Assembly (NCBI RefSeq): GCF_001194135.2
Contig: NC_068993.1
Location: 25,951,491 to 26,015,490 of the forward strand
Length of the DNA: 64,000 nucleotides
Reading direction: 5' to 3'
From: Octopus bimaculoides
Lineage: Eukaryota
This document shows, piece after piece, positions 63,727 to 64,000 of this stretch. The position numbers and the translations under genes were made by a program. The notes under the pieces are model-generated. The model was not told the origin of the DNA. It did not search any database and saw nothing but the letters and a program-made list of their open reading frames with translations. The number at the start of each line of letters is the position of its first letter. The first letter of the stretch is position 1.

Positions 63727-64000
63727 AATAATAATAATAATAATGATAATAATAATGCTCTGCTATAGGCACAAGGCCTGGAATTTTAGGGGATGGGGTT
63801 AGTTGATCATATAGACTCCAGTGCACACCAAATGCAGCGAAAAGTGCTTTACAGTGGAATCCGGATGGATATAGAAAGAGGGGTAGGCCTAAGAACTTGT
63901 GGCGTAGATCAACACAAAAGGAACTAGAGAAAGGGGAACATTCATGGCAGAGTATATGTACAGAAGCGAAAAATTATGCGACATGGAATTCAATTATGAG

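Overview
Very AT-rich, microsatellite-saturated eukaryotic scaffold with 11 N-gaps. The SINE, RTE and microsatellite content points to an octopus genome (inference). One host gene is supported: a minus-strand zinc-finger gene whose whole CDS lies in one exon (ATG 28746 to TAA 27109, 545 aa). It is preceded by a clear splice acceptor and has a compact non-finger N-terminal domain, one isolated C2HC finger and a C-terminal three-finger C2H2/C2HC array. The rest is largely transposon-derived: two mariner relics (one complete, with TIRs and TA TSD), two Penelope-like fragments (RT and GIY-YIG), a 5'-truncated RTE LINE with a PHD-like insert plus orphan RTE tails, a complete non-autonomous Helitron, hAT, piggyBac-like and Ginger-like MITEs, a decayed Gypsy-like pol, and two tRNA-derived SINE families. 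The most interesting signals are (i) a dispersed repeat family carrying a type I hammerhead ribozyme with a palindromic mini stem III, whose fold-back copies invert at or near the predicted cleavage site, and (ii) the unnamed N-terminal domain of the zinc-finger protein. No CRISPR array, rRNA or genuine tRNA gene is supported. Family names come from motif recognition, not database searches.
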